A DNA stretch of 64,000 bases from Caulobacteraceae bacterium. GTDB lineage: Bacteria; Pseudomonadota; Alphaproteobacteria; Caulobacterales; Caulobacteraceae. Location: contig CBDIPU010000024.1 in assembly GCA_965283765.1 (NCBI GenBank), forward strand, positions 4,701-68,700, written 5' to 3'. The first letter of the stretch is position 1; each line of letters starts with the position of its first letter. The notes beneath the pieces were generated by a model. The model was not told where the DNA came from. It did no database searches and saw only the letters and a list, made by a program, of their open reading frames with translations. Made by a program: the position numbers and the translations under genes. This document shows positions 20,239-29,634 of the stretch, piece by piece.

Positions 20239-21740
20239 CTAGAAGTCCCTTTCGCTGTACGGACGGCCGCGATCGGCCGCGGGCCGGGGCGGACGCGAGA
20301 CCTGGGCCAGCAGCTGCTGCAGCCGATAGGCCGACGGCTTGAAGCCCGAGAGGGCTCCGTCGATCTGATAGACCACCGCCTTGGCGCGATCCTGGTCGGC
20401 CACGCCCTGCAGGCCCAGGGAGAAGAAGGTCGACATGGCGTACTTGGCCTCGGCCGAGCCCTGGCGCTCGGCTTCCTCGTACCAGTGATAGGCCCGGGCG
20501 TAGTCGCGCGGGACGCCGACGCCTTCGGAGTACATCACCGCCAGCACCAACTGGGCCTTGGACGAGCCGTTGACAGCGGCGTACTGGATCGCCCGCACCT
20601 TTTCGACCGAGGACAGGCGGCCGTTGGCCGGCCGGCCCAGCATCGATTCCAGGGTCTGGGCGTCGTTGACGCTGAGCAGCTTCTCGTCGAGCACCGCCGA
20701 CGGGATCACCCGCAGGTACGACAGCGCCTCGGCCACGTGGACGAAGGGCAGTTCGTTGATCCGGCTCAGCGCCGCCTCGCGCGCCTCGCCCGACAGGTCG
20801 AACTCGTCGGAGTGCGGCACGCCCGAGTCGGCGACTCCGGCGGATAGAACTCGTAGGGCGGGATCCAGCGCTTGGCCTTGGTCTCGACGAACGAGCCGTA
20901 CGAGGCCCGCTGCGGTGAGCTGCGCTCGAAGTCCTTGAGCATGACATAGGCCGACACGTCGCCGGTCTGCACCGCCAGGTAGTTGTAGAGATAGGCGTCG
21001 ACGTCGTTGCGACGGAACAGGTCCAGGGCGGCCGGCGCGCCCGGCTGGCTGGGCTTGCCGTAGGCCTGGATGGCCTGGAGATTGTCGGACGGCTCGCCGA
21101 ACGGGCCGAAATAGGCGTCGTGGATCCGCGCCAGGGTTCGGAACCCGCCGGCTCCCTGGGCCGAGAGCACGTAGATCACCCGGTTACGGACCTTCTCGCG
21201 CTCCTCGGTCGACATGCGAGACAGCAGGCGGTCGAGGGCGAAATAGGCGCTGCGGCGCTCGAACGCGCGGCAGTCGTCGAAGCGCGACACGGCCTTCGAT
21301 TCGGAGCCCCGGCGCTCATAGGATGAGATCGGCGCGTAGCCGCCGTCGTTGGACAAGGCCATGGCGTACCAGACGGCCGCCTCGACCGGATCCTCGAGGT
21401 TCTTGTCGACCGCGCGCTGGCCCTCGTAGCGGCGGGCCAGCTCCAACTGGGCGAAGAAGTCGCCGCGGAAGCCGCCCTGTCGCAGAGCGCGAATCTCTTG
21501 CTGCTGCTGATTGAACTGACCCGAGACCCCCTGCGCCGCCTGAGGACGAGGGCACGCGCTGGCGCGCTTGTGGAACCAGAAGCTGGGCCCCGTGTCGCAG
21601 CCCACCAGCGGGATCACCACCGCCGCCACGATCGCGCCCACCGGGGCGCGACGCAGCAGGGCGGAGCGGCTGGCGAACGCGCGCTCGGCCGCTCCACGGA
21701 GCATCCGAAGGCGCGCAAGTGCGTCGCCGGCCTCGCGCAT
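20239..21740 (-). CDS. Sel1-repeat lipoprotein (one apparent frameshift near 20832)
   Basis: Lipobox LVG|C; Sel1 units AQLELARRYEG..DPVEAAVWY, AQLVLAVMYSEGVGVPRDYARAYHWY, AKYAMSTFFSLG. Confidence 0.8.
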
Positions 21741-22001
21741 GAATCCCCCTTCAGCCCAGCCCGTTAACCATAAAACAACGATCTCTCATGTGCTCGGGAT
21801 GGGCCACTGTCAAGGTCAGCTCAACCCATCCGCCAATGAACACTTTGTCACGACAGTCTGGGTTCGCCCGGCAGGCGAATTTCCCGGATTTCGCGCGACT
21901 TCACCGCGCACGGAACATCTTCCCAAACATCGAAAAGCCGACAGCTAACCTCGTCAGCTGCCGGCTTCAGTGTATCGACGGAAGACGAAGATTCGACGAA
22001 A

Positions 22002-23225
22002 TCAGCGTCCGGTCGGCATGTCCTTGAACGCCACGTCCTTGTCGACGCGCACATCGCCGGGCAGGCCCAGCACCCGCTCGGCGATGATGTTCTTGAGAAT
22101 CTCGTCGGTGCCGCCGGCGATCCGTAGGCCCGGGGCCCACATCAGGCTCTGCTGGAACGCCGCCTCGGCCGGGGCCTGGTCGGGGTCGACGAGGATGCCG
22201 TACTGGTCCTCCATCTCGACGGCGGTGTTGGCCATCTCCTGCAACTGATTGGCCGAGATGATCTTGCCGATCGAGCTTTCCGGCCCCGGCGTCTGGCCGC
22301 GCGACAGGGCGGTCATGGTGCGGAAGCGGGTGAACTTCAGTCCCTCGGACTGGACATACCAGTCGGCCAGCCTTTCGCGGAACGCTTGGTCCTTGATCGC
22401 CGGACCGGTGGGGCCGGCAAGATCCTGAGCCAGCTTCATGACCTCGCGATAGTTCGGGCCGGCCGAGCCGCCGACGGCCAGACGCTCGTTCATCAGGGTG
22501 ACCAGGGCCACCTTCCAGCCGTCCCCGACCTCGCCCAGGCGCTGGCTGTCCTTGACGCGCAGGTCGGTGAAATAGACCTCGTTGAACTCGCGCCCGCCCG
22601 ACATCTGGTGGATCGGCCGGCACTCGACGGCGGCGTCCTTCATGTCGATCCAGAACATCGTGAGCCCTTTGTGCTTGGGCACATCGGGATCGGTCCGGGT
22701 CAGCAGGATGCCGTAATCGCAATAGTGGGCGCCGGTGGTCCAGACCTTCTGGCCGTTGATCACCCACTCGTCGCCGTCCTTCACGGCGCGGGTGCGCAGG
22801 GCCGCCACGTCGGAGCCGCCCGCCGGCTCGGAGAACAGCTGGCACCAGATCTCCTCGCCCTTCACGGCGGGCGAGACGAAGCGTTTCTTGGTCTCGCTGT
22901 CGGAGAAGGCCATGACCGTGGGCACGCACATGCCCAGGCCGATCGTGAAGTAGCCATAGCCCAGGCCGGCCTTGCCCTCCTCCTGACCGAAGATCACCGA
23001 CTGGATCGGCGTGCCGCCGCCCCCGCCGATGGCCGCGGGCCAGGTGATGCAGGCATAGCCGGCGGCGGCCTTGGTGGCCTGCCAGTCCTTGGCCGCGGCC
23101 ATGTGCTCGGCGGTGTTGGGCTTCAGTTCACCGAACTTGGCGCGGTGCGCGGCGGCGTTCTCGGCCAGCCAGGCGCGAGCCTTTTCGCGGTAGGCGGCTT
23201 CTTCGGGGGAATCGTTGAAATCCAT
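22002..23225 (-). CDS. Acyl-CoA dehydrogenase (catalytic-type subunit)
   Basis: WCQLFSEPAGGSD, NGQKVWT, IAGGTDEILKNII. Confidence 0.93.
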   Translation of the reverse strand: MDFNDSPEEAAYREKARAWLAENAAAHRAKFGELKPNTAEHMAAAKDWQATKAAAGYACITWPAAIGGGGGTPIQSVIFGQEEGKAGLGYGYFTIGLGMCVPTVMAFSDSETKKRFVSPAVKGEEIWCQLFSEPAGGSDVAALRTRAVKDGDEWVINGQKVWTTGAHYCDYGILLTRTDPDVPKHKGLTMFWIDMKDAAVECRPIHQMSGGREFNEVYFTDLRVKDSQRLGEVGDGWKVALVTLMNERLAVGGSAGPNYREVMKLAQDLAGPTGPAIKDQAFRERLADWYVQSEGLKFTRFRTMTALSRGQTPGPESSIGKIISANQLQEMANTAVEMEDQYGILVDPDQAPAEAAFQQSLMWAPGLRIAGGTDEILKNIIAERVLGLPGDVRVDKDVAFKDMPTGR

Positions 23226-23240
23226 GGTCGTTTCCTCGCC

Positions 23241-24356
23241 TTACGCCGCGTTCTTCTTCTCGAGTTCGTTCACCAGCCGCTCCTTCCAGAGCTTCGGCGC
23301 ACCGGCCACCAGGCTGAGCTGCCGCGAGCGACGGTAGTAGAGGTGGCAGTCGACGTCCCAGGTGAAGCCCATGCCGCCATGCACCTGGATGTTCTCCTTG
23401 CTGGCGAACCAGAAGGCTTCCGAGGCGGCGATGCGGGCGGCCGAGGCCGCGATCGGCAGCTCGGGCGCGTCGTCGTTCAGGGCCCAGGCGCCGTAATAGG
23501 CGTTGGAGCGGGCGACCTCGTTCTTGACGTACATGTCGGCCAGCTTGTGCTTGATGGCCTGGTAGCCGGCGATCACGCGGCCGAAGGCGTAGCGGCCCAG
23601 GGCGTACTCCTTGGCCATCTCAAGACACCGGTCGGCGCCGCCCAGCTGTTCGAAGGCCAGCAGCACCGCGGCGCGATCGAGGATCGACTGGACGATGTCG
23701 AAGCCCGCGCCGGCCTCCCCCACCCGCTCGGCGACCGCGCCGTCGAACACGATCTTGGCCACGCCGCGCGTGGGATCGAGGCTCTTCAGGGTCTCGCGCT
23801 TCACGCCCGCCTGCTTCAGGTCGACCAGGTAGAGGCCCGGACGGCCGCCTTCACTGGCCAGGACCAGGGCGGTGTCGGCGACATCGCCGTCGGTGACCGG
23901 GATCTTGGTCCCCGAGAGCTTGCCGCCCTCGACCCGACATTGCAGCGTGTTGGGACCCACGACGCCCGGACCTTCGGAGGTCGCCAGGCAGCCGATCACC
24001 TCTCCGGCGGCGATGCGCGGCAGGATCGCGGCCTTCTGGCCGTCCGCGCCGTGGGCCATGATCCCTTCGGCCAGGATGTAGACGGTGGAGGCGAACGGGA
24101 TCGGCGCGACGGCGCGGCCCAGCTCCTCGGCGATGGCGCACAGCTCGATGCGGCCCAGGCCCAGGCCCCCGTGCTCCTCGGGGATCGCGGCGCCCAGCCA
24201 GCCCTGCTCGGCCACGCCTTTCCAGAGTTTCTCGTCGAACGAACGGTCGGCATTGTCCAGCACGCCGCGCACGACGGCGACGTCGCAATTACCGGCGAGG
24301 AACTTGCGCGCCTCGTCCTTCAGGAACTTCTGGTCGTCGGAATAGTCGAAATCCAC
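23241..24356 (-). CDS. Acyl-CoA dehydrogenase (short partner subunit)
   Basis: R.AFGR.I..YQAIKHKLADM and QVHGGMGFTW; tandem pair typical of heteromeric ACADs. Confidence 0.92.
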   Translation of the reverse strand: MDFDYSDDQKFLKDEARKFLAGNCDVAVVRGVLDNADRSFDEKLWKGVAEQGWLGAAIPEEHGGLGLGRIELCAIAEELGRAVAPIPFASTVYILAEGIMAHGADGQKAAILPRIAAGEVIGCLATSEGPGVVGPNTLQCRVEGGKLSGTKIPVTDGDVADTALVLASEGGRPGLYLVDLKQAGVKRETLKSLDPTRGVAKIVFDGAVAERVGEAGAGFDIVQSILDRAAVLLAFEQLGGADRCLEMAKEYALGRYAFGRVIAGYQAIKHKLADMYVKNEVARSNAYYGAWALNDDAPELPIAASAARIAASEAFWFASKENIQVHGGMGFTWDVDCHLYYRRSRQLSLVAGAPKLWKERLVNELEKKNAA

Positions 24357-24500
24357 TTGGAGCCTCCCTGGACCGCGCTCTTCGGCGGGTCGCGAGAGTC
24401 ACACTGAACGACGTTCACGCGAAGGGAAAGATTGACCCGGCGTCAAGAATTTCAGGTTCTTATGCGCGTCTGTCAGCGCATTCGGACGTTACTCAACGGC

Positions 24501-25052
24501 ATGGCCAAGACCGTCTTCCAGAAGAACCAGAGGGTGTGGGTCGAGAGCGTCGGCTGCTGGGCCACGGTCGACAGGATCGTGCCCATCTGGGCCAAGGGCT
24601 TCGACGAGCCCGTGCGGGTCACCTACGACGTCGGGCTGAACCGCGAGTTCCAGGCCCACGAACTGAAGGCCGAGGACAAGGTCGATCCGCAGGATGGCGG
24701 CCTCGACTCCAATTGGCGGGTGCTGCGGGCCCGCAACAAGTGGCAGCAAGAGGGTGACTGCGCCCACCATCCCTATCCGGGCACCTATCCGGTCGTGGTC
24801 ACCGACGCCCAAGACTGGGGCGGCTGGCGCACCCCGGGCGCGGAGTACGACCGCGACCCCCACAAGATGGAATATCAGGCCCGGCTGATCGCCAGCGCCC
24901 CGCGCCTGCATGCGATCGCCCGGGAACTGCTGACCCTGGTGGCCGACAATCCCGAGGACGCGCCGCCGGCCCTGACGGGCCTGGCCCAGCAGATCGCGGC
25001 GATCGAGCGCTACCTGCAGGAAGCGCCCGTCGCCGGACCGAGCTCGGACTAG
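24501..25052 (+). CDS. Hypothetical protein
   Basis: Clean ORF with high GC3, Trp-rich; no family recognised. Confidence 0.8.
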   Translation: MAKTVFQKNQRVWVESVGCWATVDRIVPIWAKGFDEPVRVTYDVGLNREFQAHELKAEDKVDPQDGGLDSNWRVLRARNKWQQEGDCAHHPYPGTYPVVVTDAQDWGGWRTPGAEYDRDPHKMEYQARLIASAPRLHAIARELLTLVADNPEDAPPALTGLAQQIAAIERYLQEAPVAGPSSD

Positions 25053-25060
25053 CTAGATGG

Positions 25061-25711
25061 TTAGAACCGGCGACCGAAGCCGACCGAGAACACCAGCGGG
25101 TCAAGCTTGACCTTGGACTTCAGCGCGCCGCCGTTGATCTTGGCGTCGGTGTCGAACCAGATTTTCTTGACGTCCAGGTTCAGGCTGTAGGCGGCGTTGA
25201 TCGGGATGTCCGCACCGGCCTGCAGGGCGTAGCCGAAGCCGTCGTCCAGATCGACCGTGAAGCCGTTCTTGTCCTTGCCGCTGTAGAACAGCATGTAGTT
25301 CAGGCCCGCGCCGACATAGGGGCTGAAGCGCGCGCCCGGCAGCGGGTGATACTGCAGCGAGACGACCGGCGGCAGGACCCAGGTCTTGTGGACCGCGACG
25401 TCCGTGCCCGGGCCGACGGCCTTGACCGTGTGCTGGGTGGTGCCGGCGATCACCTCGATGGCCAGCTTGTCGGTCAGGAAGTAGCTGAGGCCGATCGTCG
25501 GCTTGATGTCGTCCTTGACGTCGGCCTTCAGGCCGGTGGCGGCGCCAGCGGCGGTCAGGATCGGATTGCCCGCGTCCGGCGCGACGTCGGTCACCCGAAC
25601 GTTCAGGACGATATCGCCCTTGGCTTTCGGCGTCACCGGCTCGGCGGCGAAGGCGGGCGCGGCGCTCAGGCCGGCCGCCACGGTCAGGGCCAGGAAGAGT
25701 TTGGTGGTCAT
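25061..25711 (-). CDS. ompW: OmpW family outer-membrane protein
   Basis: Signal peptide, LPPVVSLQYH, PYVGAGLNY, C-terminal Phe. Confidence 0.92.
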   Translation of the reverse strand: MTTKLFLALTVAAGLSAAPAFAAEPVTPKAKGDIVLNVRVTDVAPDAGNPILTAAGAATGLKADVKDDIKPTIGLSYFLTDKLAIEVIAGTTQHTVKAVGPGTDVAVHKTWVLPPVVSLQYHPLPGARFSPYVGAGLNYMLFYSGKDKNGFTVDLDDGFGYALQAGADIPINAAYSLNLDVKKIWFDTDAKINGGALKSKVKLDPLVFSVGFGRRF

Positions 25712-25774
25712 CGGTATCCCCTTTACGACCTCGTTGTGTCGAAAGGGGTTTGCGCCTGTGTACGGTCGGTTTCG

Positions 25775-25788
25775 TTGACGCCGCTCAA
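25775..25788. promoter_or_regulatory. FixK/FNR box upstream of ompW
   Basis: TTGA-CGCCGC-TCAA. Confidence 0.65.
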
Positions 25789-25816
25789 GAAAAGACCACA
25801 AAAAAGCTTGCGGTTA

Positions 25817-26725
25817 TTACGTAGTCGCGTCCGGCTTTGCCCTAAAGTTTCCCTGCTTCCAGGCCAGCCACAGCACGATAATCGCCACCAGCGTGCCGAC
25901 GACCATGGCCGGCAGCGAGGCCTCGGGACCAAAGGCGCCGCCGCTGAGAAACTCCGGCGCGCCGGGCTTGGGCTTGCTGACCAGCCAGCTCTCGGTGACC
26001 GGGATGCCCGACACCGACGCGCCCCACACCCAGCCTTGGGTGAAGTTCCAGGCCGCGTGAACGCCGACCGACATCCACAGGCGTCCGGTCAGCAGATAGA
26101 AGCCAGCCAGCATCAGCCCCGCCTCGATGGCGATAGCCGCGGCGGCGACCGGCGTGGCGTTAGGATTGGCCAGGTGCAACGCCCCGAACAGGGCCGCCTG
26201 CACGATCAGCGCCGGCCAGATCCCGAAGGCCCGCATCAACAGGCGCAGGAGGATGGCGCGCATGATCAGCTCCTCCATGAAGCCGGACTCGATGGCCATG
26301 GCGATGGTCGCCCAGGCCGAGGCCGCACGCGGACCGCTGATGTCGTAGACACCCAGCAGGTAGAGCCCGCCCACGGCCGCGCTCAGCATCAGCGCTCCGA
26401 TCACCAGGCCAATGGCCAGCTCGGCCGGCATCCGGCGCAGGTCCAACTCCTCGGGCCATCGCCCCTCGGCCAGCCTGACCACGCCGGCATAGAGGCCAAA
26501 GCCCGCGCAGCAGATCACCAGCACCTCCAGCACTTCAAGGAGATGACCGCCCTTCTTGAACATCGGGTTGGCCACCATCTGGGCGCCCGCATAGACGATG
26601 CTGAACAGCACGAAGAGCAGGACCATCCAGCCCAACGCCCGCAACCAACGCAGCGGCCCCGGATGCAGGAACCGCTTGCGCCCGACTTCCAGCCCCGCCT
26701 GACCGCCCGTGATTTCGCTCGTCAT
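25817..26725 (-). CDS. CPBP (CAAX/Abi) intramembrane metalloprotease
   Basis: EELIMR, FGALH and HAAWN motifs; multiple TM helices. Confidence 0.9.
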   Translation of the reverse strand: MTSEITGGQAGLEVGRKRFLHPGPLRWLRALGWMVLLFVLFSIVYAGAQMVANPMFKKGGHLLEVLEVLVICCAGFGLYAGVVRLAEGRWPEELDLRRMPAELAIGLVIGALMLSAAVGGLYLLGVYDISGPRAASAWATIAMAIESGFMEELIMRAILLRLLMRAFGIWPALIVQAALFGALHLANPNATPVAAAAIAIEAGLMLAGFYLLTGRLWMSVGVHAAWNFTQGWVWGASVSGIPVTESWLVSKPKPGAPEFLSGGAFGPEASLPAMVVGTLVAIIVLWLAWKQGNFRAKPDATT

Positions 26726-26830
26726 CGCCAAGCCCCTCCCGCCTAAACTCAAGCCGGCACTGACCATTAATTTGGGCTTGGCCGTCAAGGTTCTCTCGCG
26801 GAGGTCGTCCGGTACGACTAAGTTGGACGG

Positions 26831-29422
26831 ATGCGCACCGACACGCCCCAAGCCGTCCGTCTGGCGGACTATCGTCCGTTCCCGTTCTCCATCGAGACGA
26901 CCCGGCTGGTCTTCGACCTGCATCCGTCCCAGACCCGGGTGAAGGCCGAGCTAGCGGTGCGCCGGACCGGTGCGAAGGACGAGCCGCTGGTGCTGAACGG
27001 CGAGCGGCTGAAACTGGTGTCCGTGGCCGTGGACGGCCAAAGCCTGAGCGCCAACCAGTATGTCGCCGACGCCGAGCAGCTGACCATCCCGGACCTGCCC
27101 GACCAGTTCGTCCTGACCACCGAGGTCGAGATCGATCCGGAGGCCAACAAGGCCCTGATGGGCCTCTACATGTCGGGCGGTCGCTTCTGCACCCAGTGCG
27201 AGGCGGAAGGCTTCCGCACGATCACCTACTTCCCCGACCGCCCAGACGTTCTGAGCCGCTACAGCGTGCGCATCGAAGCCGATCTCAAGTTCACGCACCT
27301 GCTCAGCAACGGCAACCTGATCGACTCCGGCGCCCTCGCGGACAATCGGTTCTTCGCCGAGTGGGAGGACCCCTTCCCCAAGCCCTGCTACCTGTTCGCC
27401 CTGGTCGCCGGCCACCTGGACGTTCTGGCCGACAAGTTCATCACCATGAGCGGCCGCGAGGTAGCGCTGCGGGTCTTCGTTGATCCCGGCCAAGCCTCGC
27501 GCGCGGCCTATGCCCTGGACAGCCTCAAGCGGGCGATGAAGTGGGACGAGGACACCTTCGGCCGCGAGTACGACCTCGACCTGTTCATGATCGTCGCCGT
27601 CCGCGACTTCAACTTCGGAGCCATGGAGAACAAGGGGCTGAACATCTTCAACAGCTCCCTGCTGCTGGCCGATCCGGAGACCGCGACGGACCTGGACTAC
27701 GAGCGCATCGAGGCGGTCGTGGCCCACGAATATTTCCACAACTGGACCGGCAATCGCATCACTTGCCGCGACTGGTTCCAGCTGTGCCTGAAGGAGGGCT
27801 TCACGGTCTTCCGCGACCAGAGCTTCAGCGCCGACCAGCGCGGCGCGACGGTCCAGCGGATCAAGGACGTCCGGACCCTGCGCGCGCGCCAGTTCGCCGA
27901 GGACGCCGGCCCCCTCGCCCACCCGGTGCGGCCGTCCAGCTACATGAAGATCGACAACTTCTACACCGCGACGATCTACGAGAAGGGCTCGGAGATCATC
28001 CGCATGCTCAAGACCATCCTCGGCGCCGAGGCGTTCCGGAAGGGCAGCGATCTCTACTTCCAGCGCCACGACGGTCAGGCGACCACGGTCGAGGCCTTCA
28101 TCGAGTGCTTCGCCGAGGTGTCGGGCCGCGACCTTTCGGACTTCTTCGGCTGGTACGAACAGGCCGGCACCCCGGCGGTGACGATCGAGACCACCTACGA
28201 CGCCGACGCCCAGGCCGTGACCCTGACGCTGACCCAGTCGACCGCCCCGACACCGGGCCAGCCGAACAAGAAGGCCTTGCCGATCCCGATCGCCATCGGC
28301 CTGCTGTCGGAGACTGGCGAGGTGCTGCGCGACACCGAGGTGGTGCTGCTGGACCAGGACACCCTGACGGTCCGCTGGGAGAACGTCGCCAGCGCTCCCG
28401 TGCTGTCGGCGCTGCGCGGCTTCTCGGCCCCGGTGAACCTGTCGACCGATGCGCGGCCGGCCGAGCGCTATGTGCTGTTCGGTTCGGACCCGGACCTCTT
28501 CAACCGTTGGGAGGCCGGTCAGACCCTGGCCCGCGACCTGATCCTGGCCCGCGCCGCTGGCGCGCCCGACGAGGTCGGCGAGGAGCGCTACGCCGATGCG
28601 CTGGGTCGCGCTCTGGTCGACGACGCCGCCGAGCCGGCCTTCAAGGCCCTGCTGCTGGCCCTGCCGTCCGAGCCCGACCTGGCCCTGATGTCCGAGCCGG
28701 CCGACCCGCCGGCCCTGCACGACGCCCGCAACGCCTTGCGCACCCGCGTCGCCGTCCACCTGGGCGACCTGCTGCGCCGCCTGCATGGCGAGATGCAGAG
28801 CGACGGCGAGTTCTCGGCCAGCGCCGAAGCCGCCGGCCGCCGCGCCCTGCGCAACGCCTGCGCCGAGGTGCTGTCCTCGGATCCTCACGCCGACAACCTG
28901 GCGCGCCTGACCAGCCACTTCGACACCGGCCGCAACATGACCGACGCGATGGGCGGCCTCTTTCCGCTGGTCACCATCGGCGGCCCGGCCCGCGACCTGG
29001 CCCTCAACAAATTCCATCGCGCCTGGCGGAGCGAGCCGCTGGTGCTGGACAAGTGGTTCGCCGTCCAGGGCCGCGATCCAAACGAGGACGCCCTGGATCG
29101 GGTGATCGCCCTGACCCGGCACGAGGATTTCGAGCCGACCAATCCCAACCGCCTGCGGGCCCTGGTCTCGACCTTCGCCAACTTCAATCCGGCGCGTTTC
29201 CATGATCCCAGCGGCGCGGGCTACCGCTTCCTGGCCGATCAGATCCTGGCGGTGGACGGGTTCAACCCGATGACGGCCGCGCGTCTGGTCGAACCGCTCG
29301 GCAACTGGCGGCGCTACAAACCCGAACTGGGCAAGCTGATGCGCGAACAGCTGGAGCGGGTCGCGGCCCACCCGGACCTGTCCAAGAACGTGCTGGAACT
29401 GGCGACCAAGGCGCTTGGCTGA
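26831..29422 (+). CDS. pepN: Aminopeptidase N
   Basis: GAMENKG and HEYFH..KEG motifs. Confidence 0.96.
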   Translation: MRTDTPQAVRLADYRPFPFSIETTRLVFDLHPSQTRVKAELAVRRTGAKDEPLVLNGERLKLVSVAVDGQSLSANQYVADAEQLTIPDLPDQFVLTTEVEIDPEANKALMGLYMSGGRFCTQCEAEGFRTITYFPDRPDVLSRYSVRIEADLKFTHLLSNGNLIDSGALADNRFFAEWEDPFPKPCYLFALVAGHLDVLADKFITMSGREVALRVFVDPGQASRAAYALDSLKRAMKWDEDTFGREYDLDLFMIVAVRDFNFGAMENKGLNIFNSSLLLADPETATDLDYERIEAVVAHEYFHNWTGNRITCRDWFQLCLKEGFTVFRDQSFSADQRGATVQRIKDVRTLRARQFAEDAGPLAHPVRPSSYMKIDNFYTATIYEKGSEIIRMLKTILGAEAFRKGSDLYFQRHDGQATTVEAFIECFAEVSGRDLSDFFGWYEQAGTPAVTIETTYDADAQAVTLTLTQSTAPTPGQPNKKALPIPIAIGLLSETGEVLRDTEVVLLDQDTLTVRWENVASAPVLSALRGFSAPVNLSTDARPAERYVLFGSDPDLFNRWEAGQTLARDLILARAAGAPDEVGEERYADALGRALVDDAAEPAFKALLLALPSEPDLALMSEPADPPALHDARNALRTRVAVHLGDLLRRLHGEMQSDGEFSASAEAAGRRALRNACAEVLSSDPHADNLARLTSHFDTGRNMTDAMGGLFPLVTIGGPARDLALNKFHRAWRSEPLVLDKWFAVQGRDPNEDALDRVIALTRHEDFEPTNPNRLRALVSTFANFNPARFHDPSGAGYRFLADQILAVDGFNPMTAARLVEPLGNWRRYKPELGKLMREQLERVAAHPDLSKNVLELATKALG

Positions 29423-29634
29423 CGCCGCTTTTCAGGATTCGCTCGGCCCTATATTGCGACCAATGGGCCCATACGGACCGAATCCGCCTTTCCGGCGGTG
29501 ACGGAGCGGTTTGCGGTACGGTAAATTCACCATCTCGGCGAAGTGACTCGCCCTGAGGTCTGTACCTGACAGGTCTCGGATTTGGGATTGGAGCGCGCGC
29601 CGCGCGCTCCGGGGATCGACGGGAGCCGCGCGGT

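Noticed and set aside
24432-24446. FixK/FNR box
   Set aside because: Spacer between TTGA and TCAA is 7 nt, not the required 6
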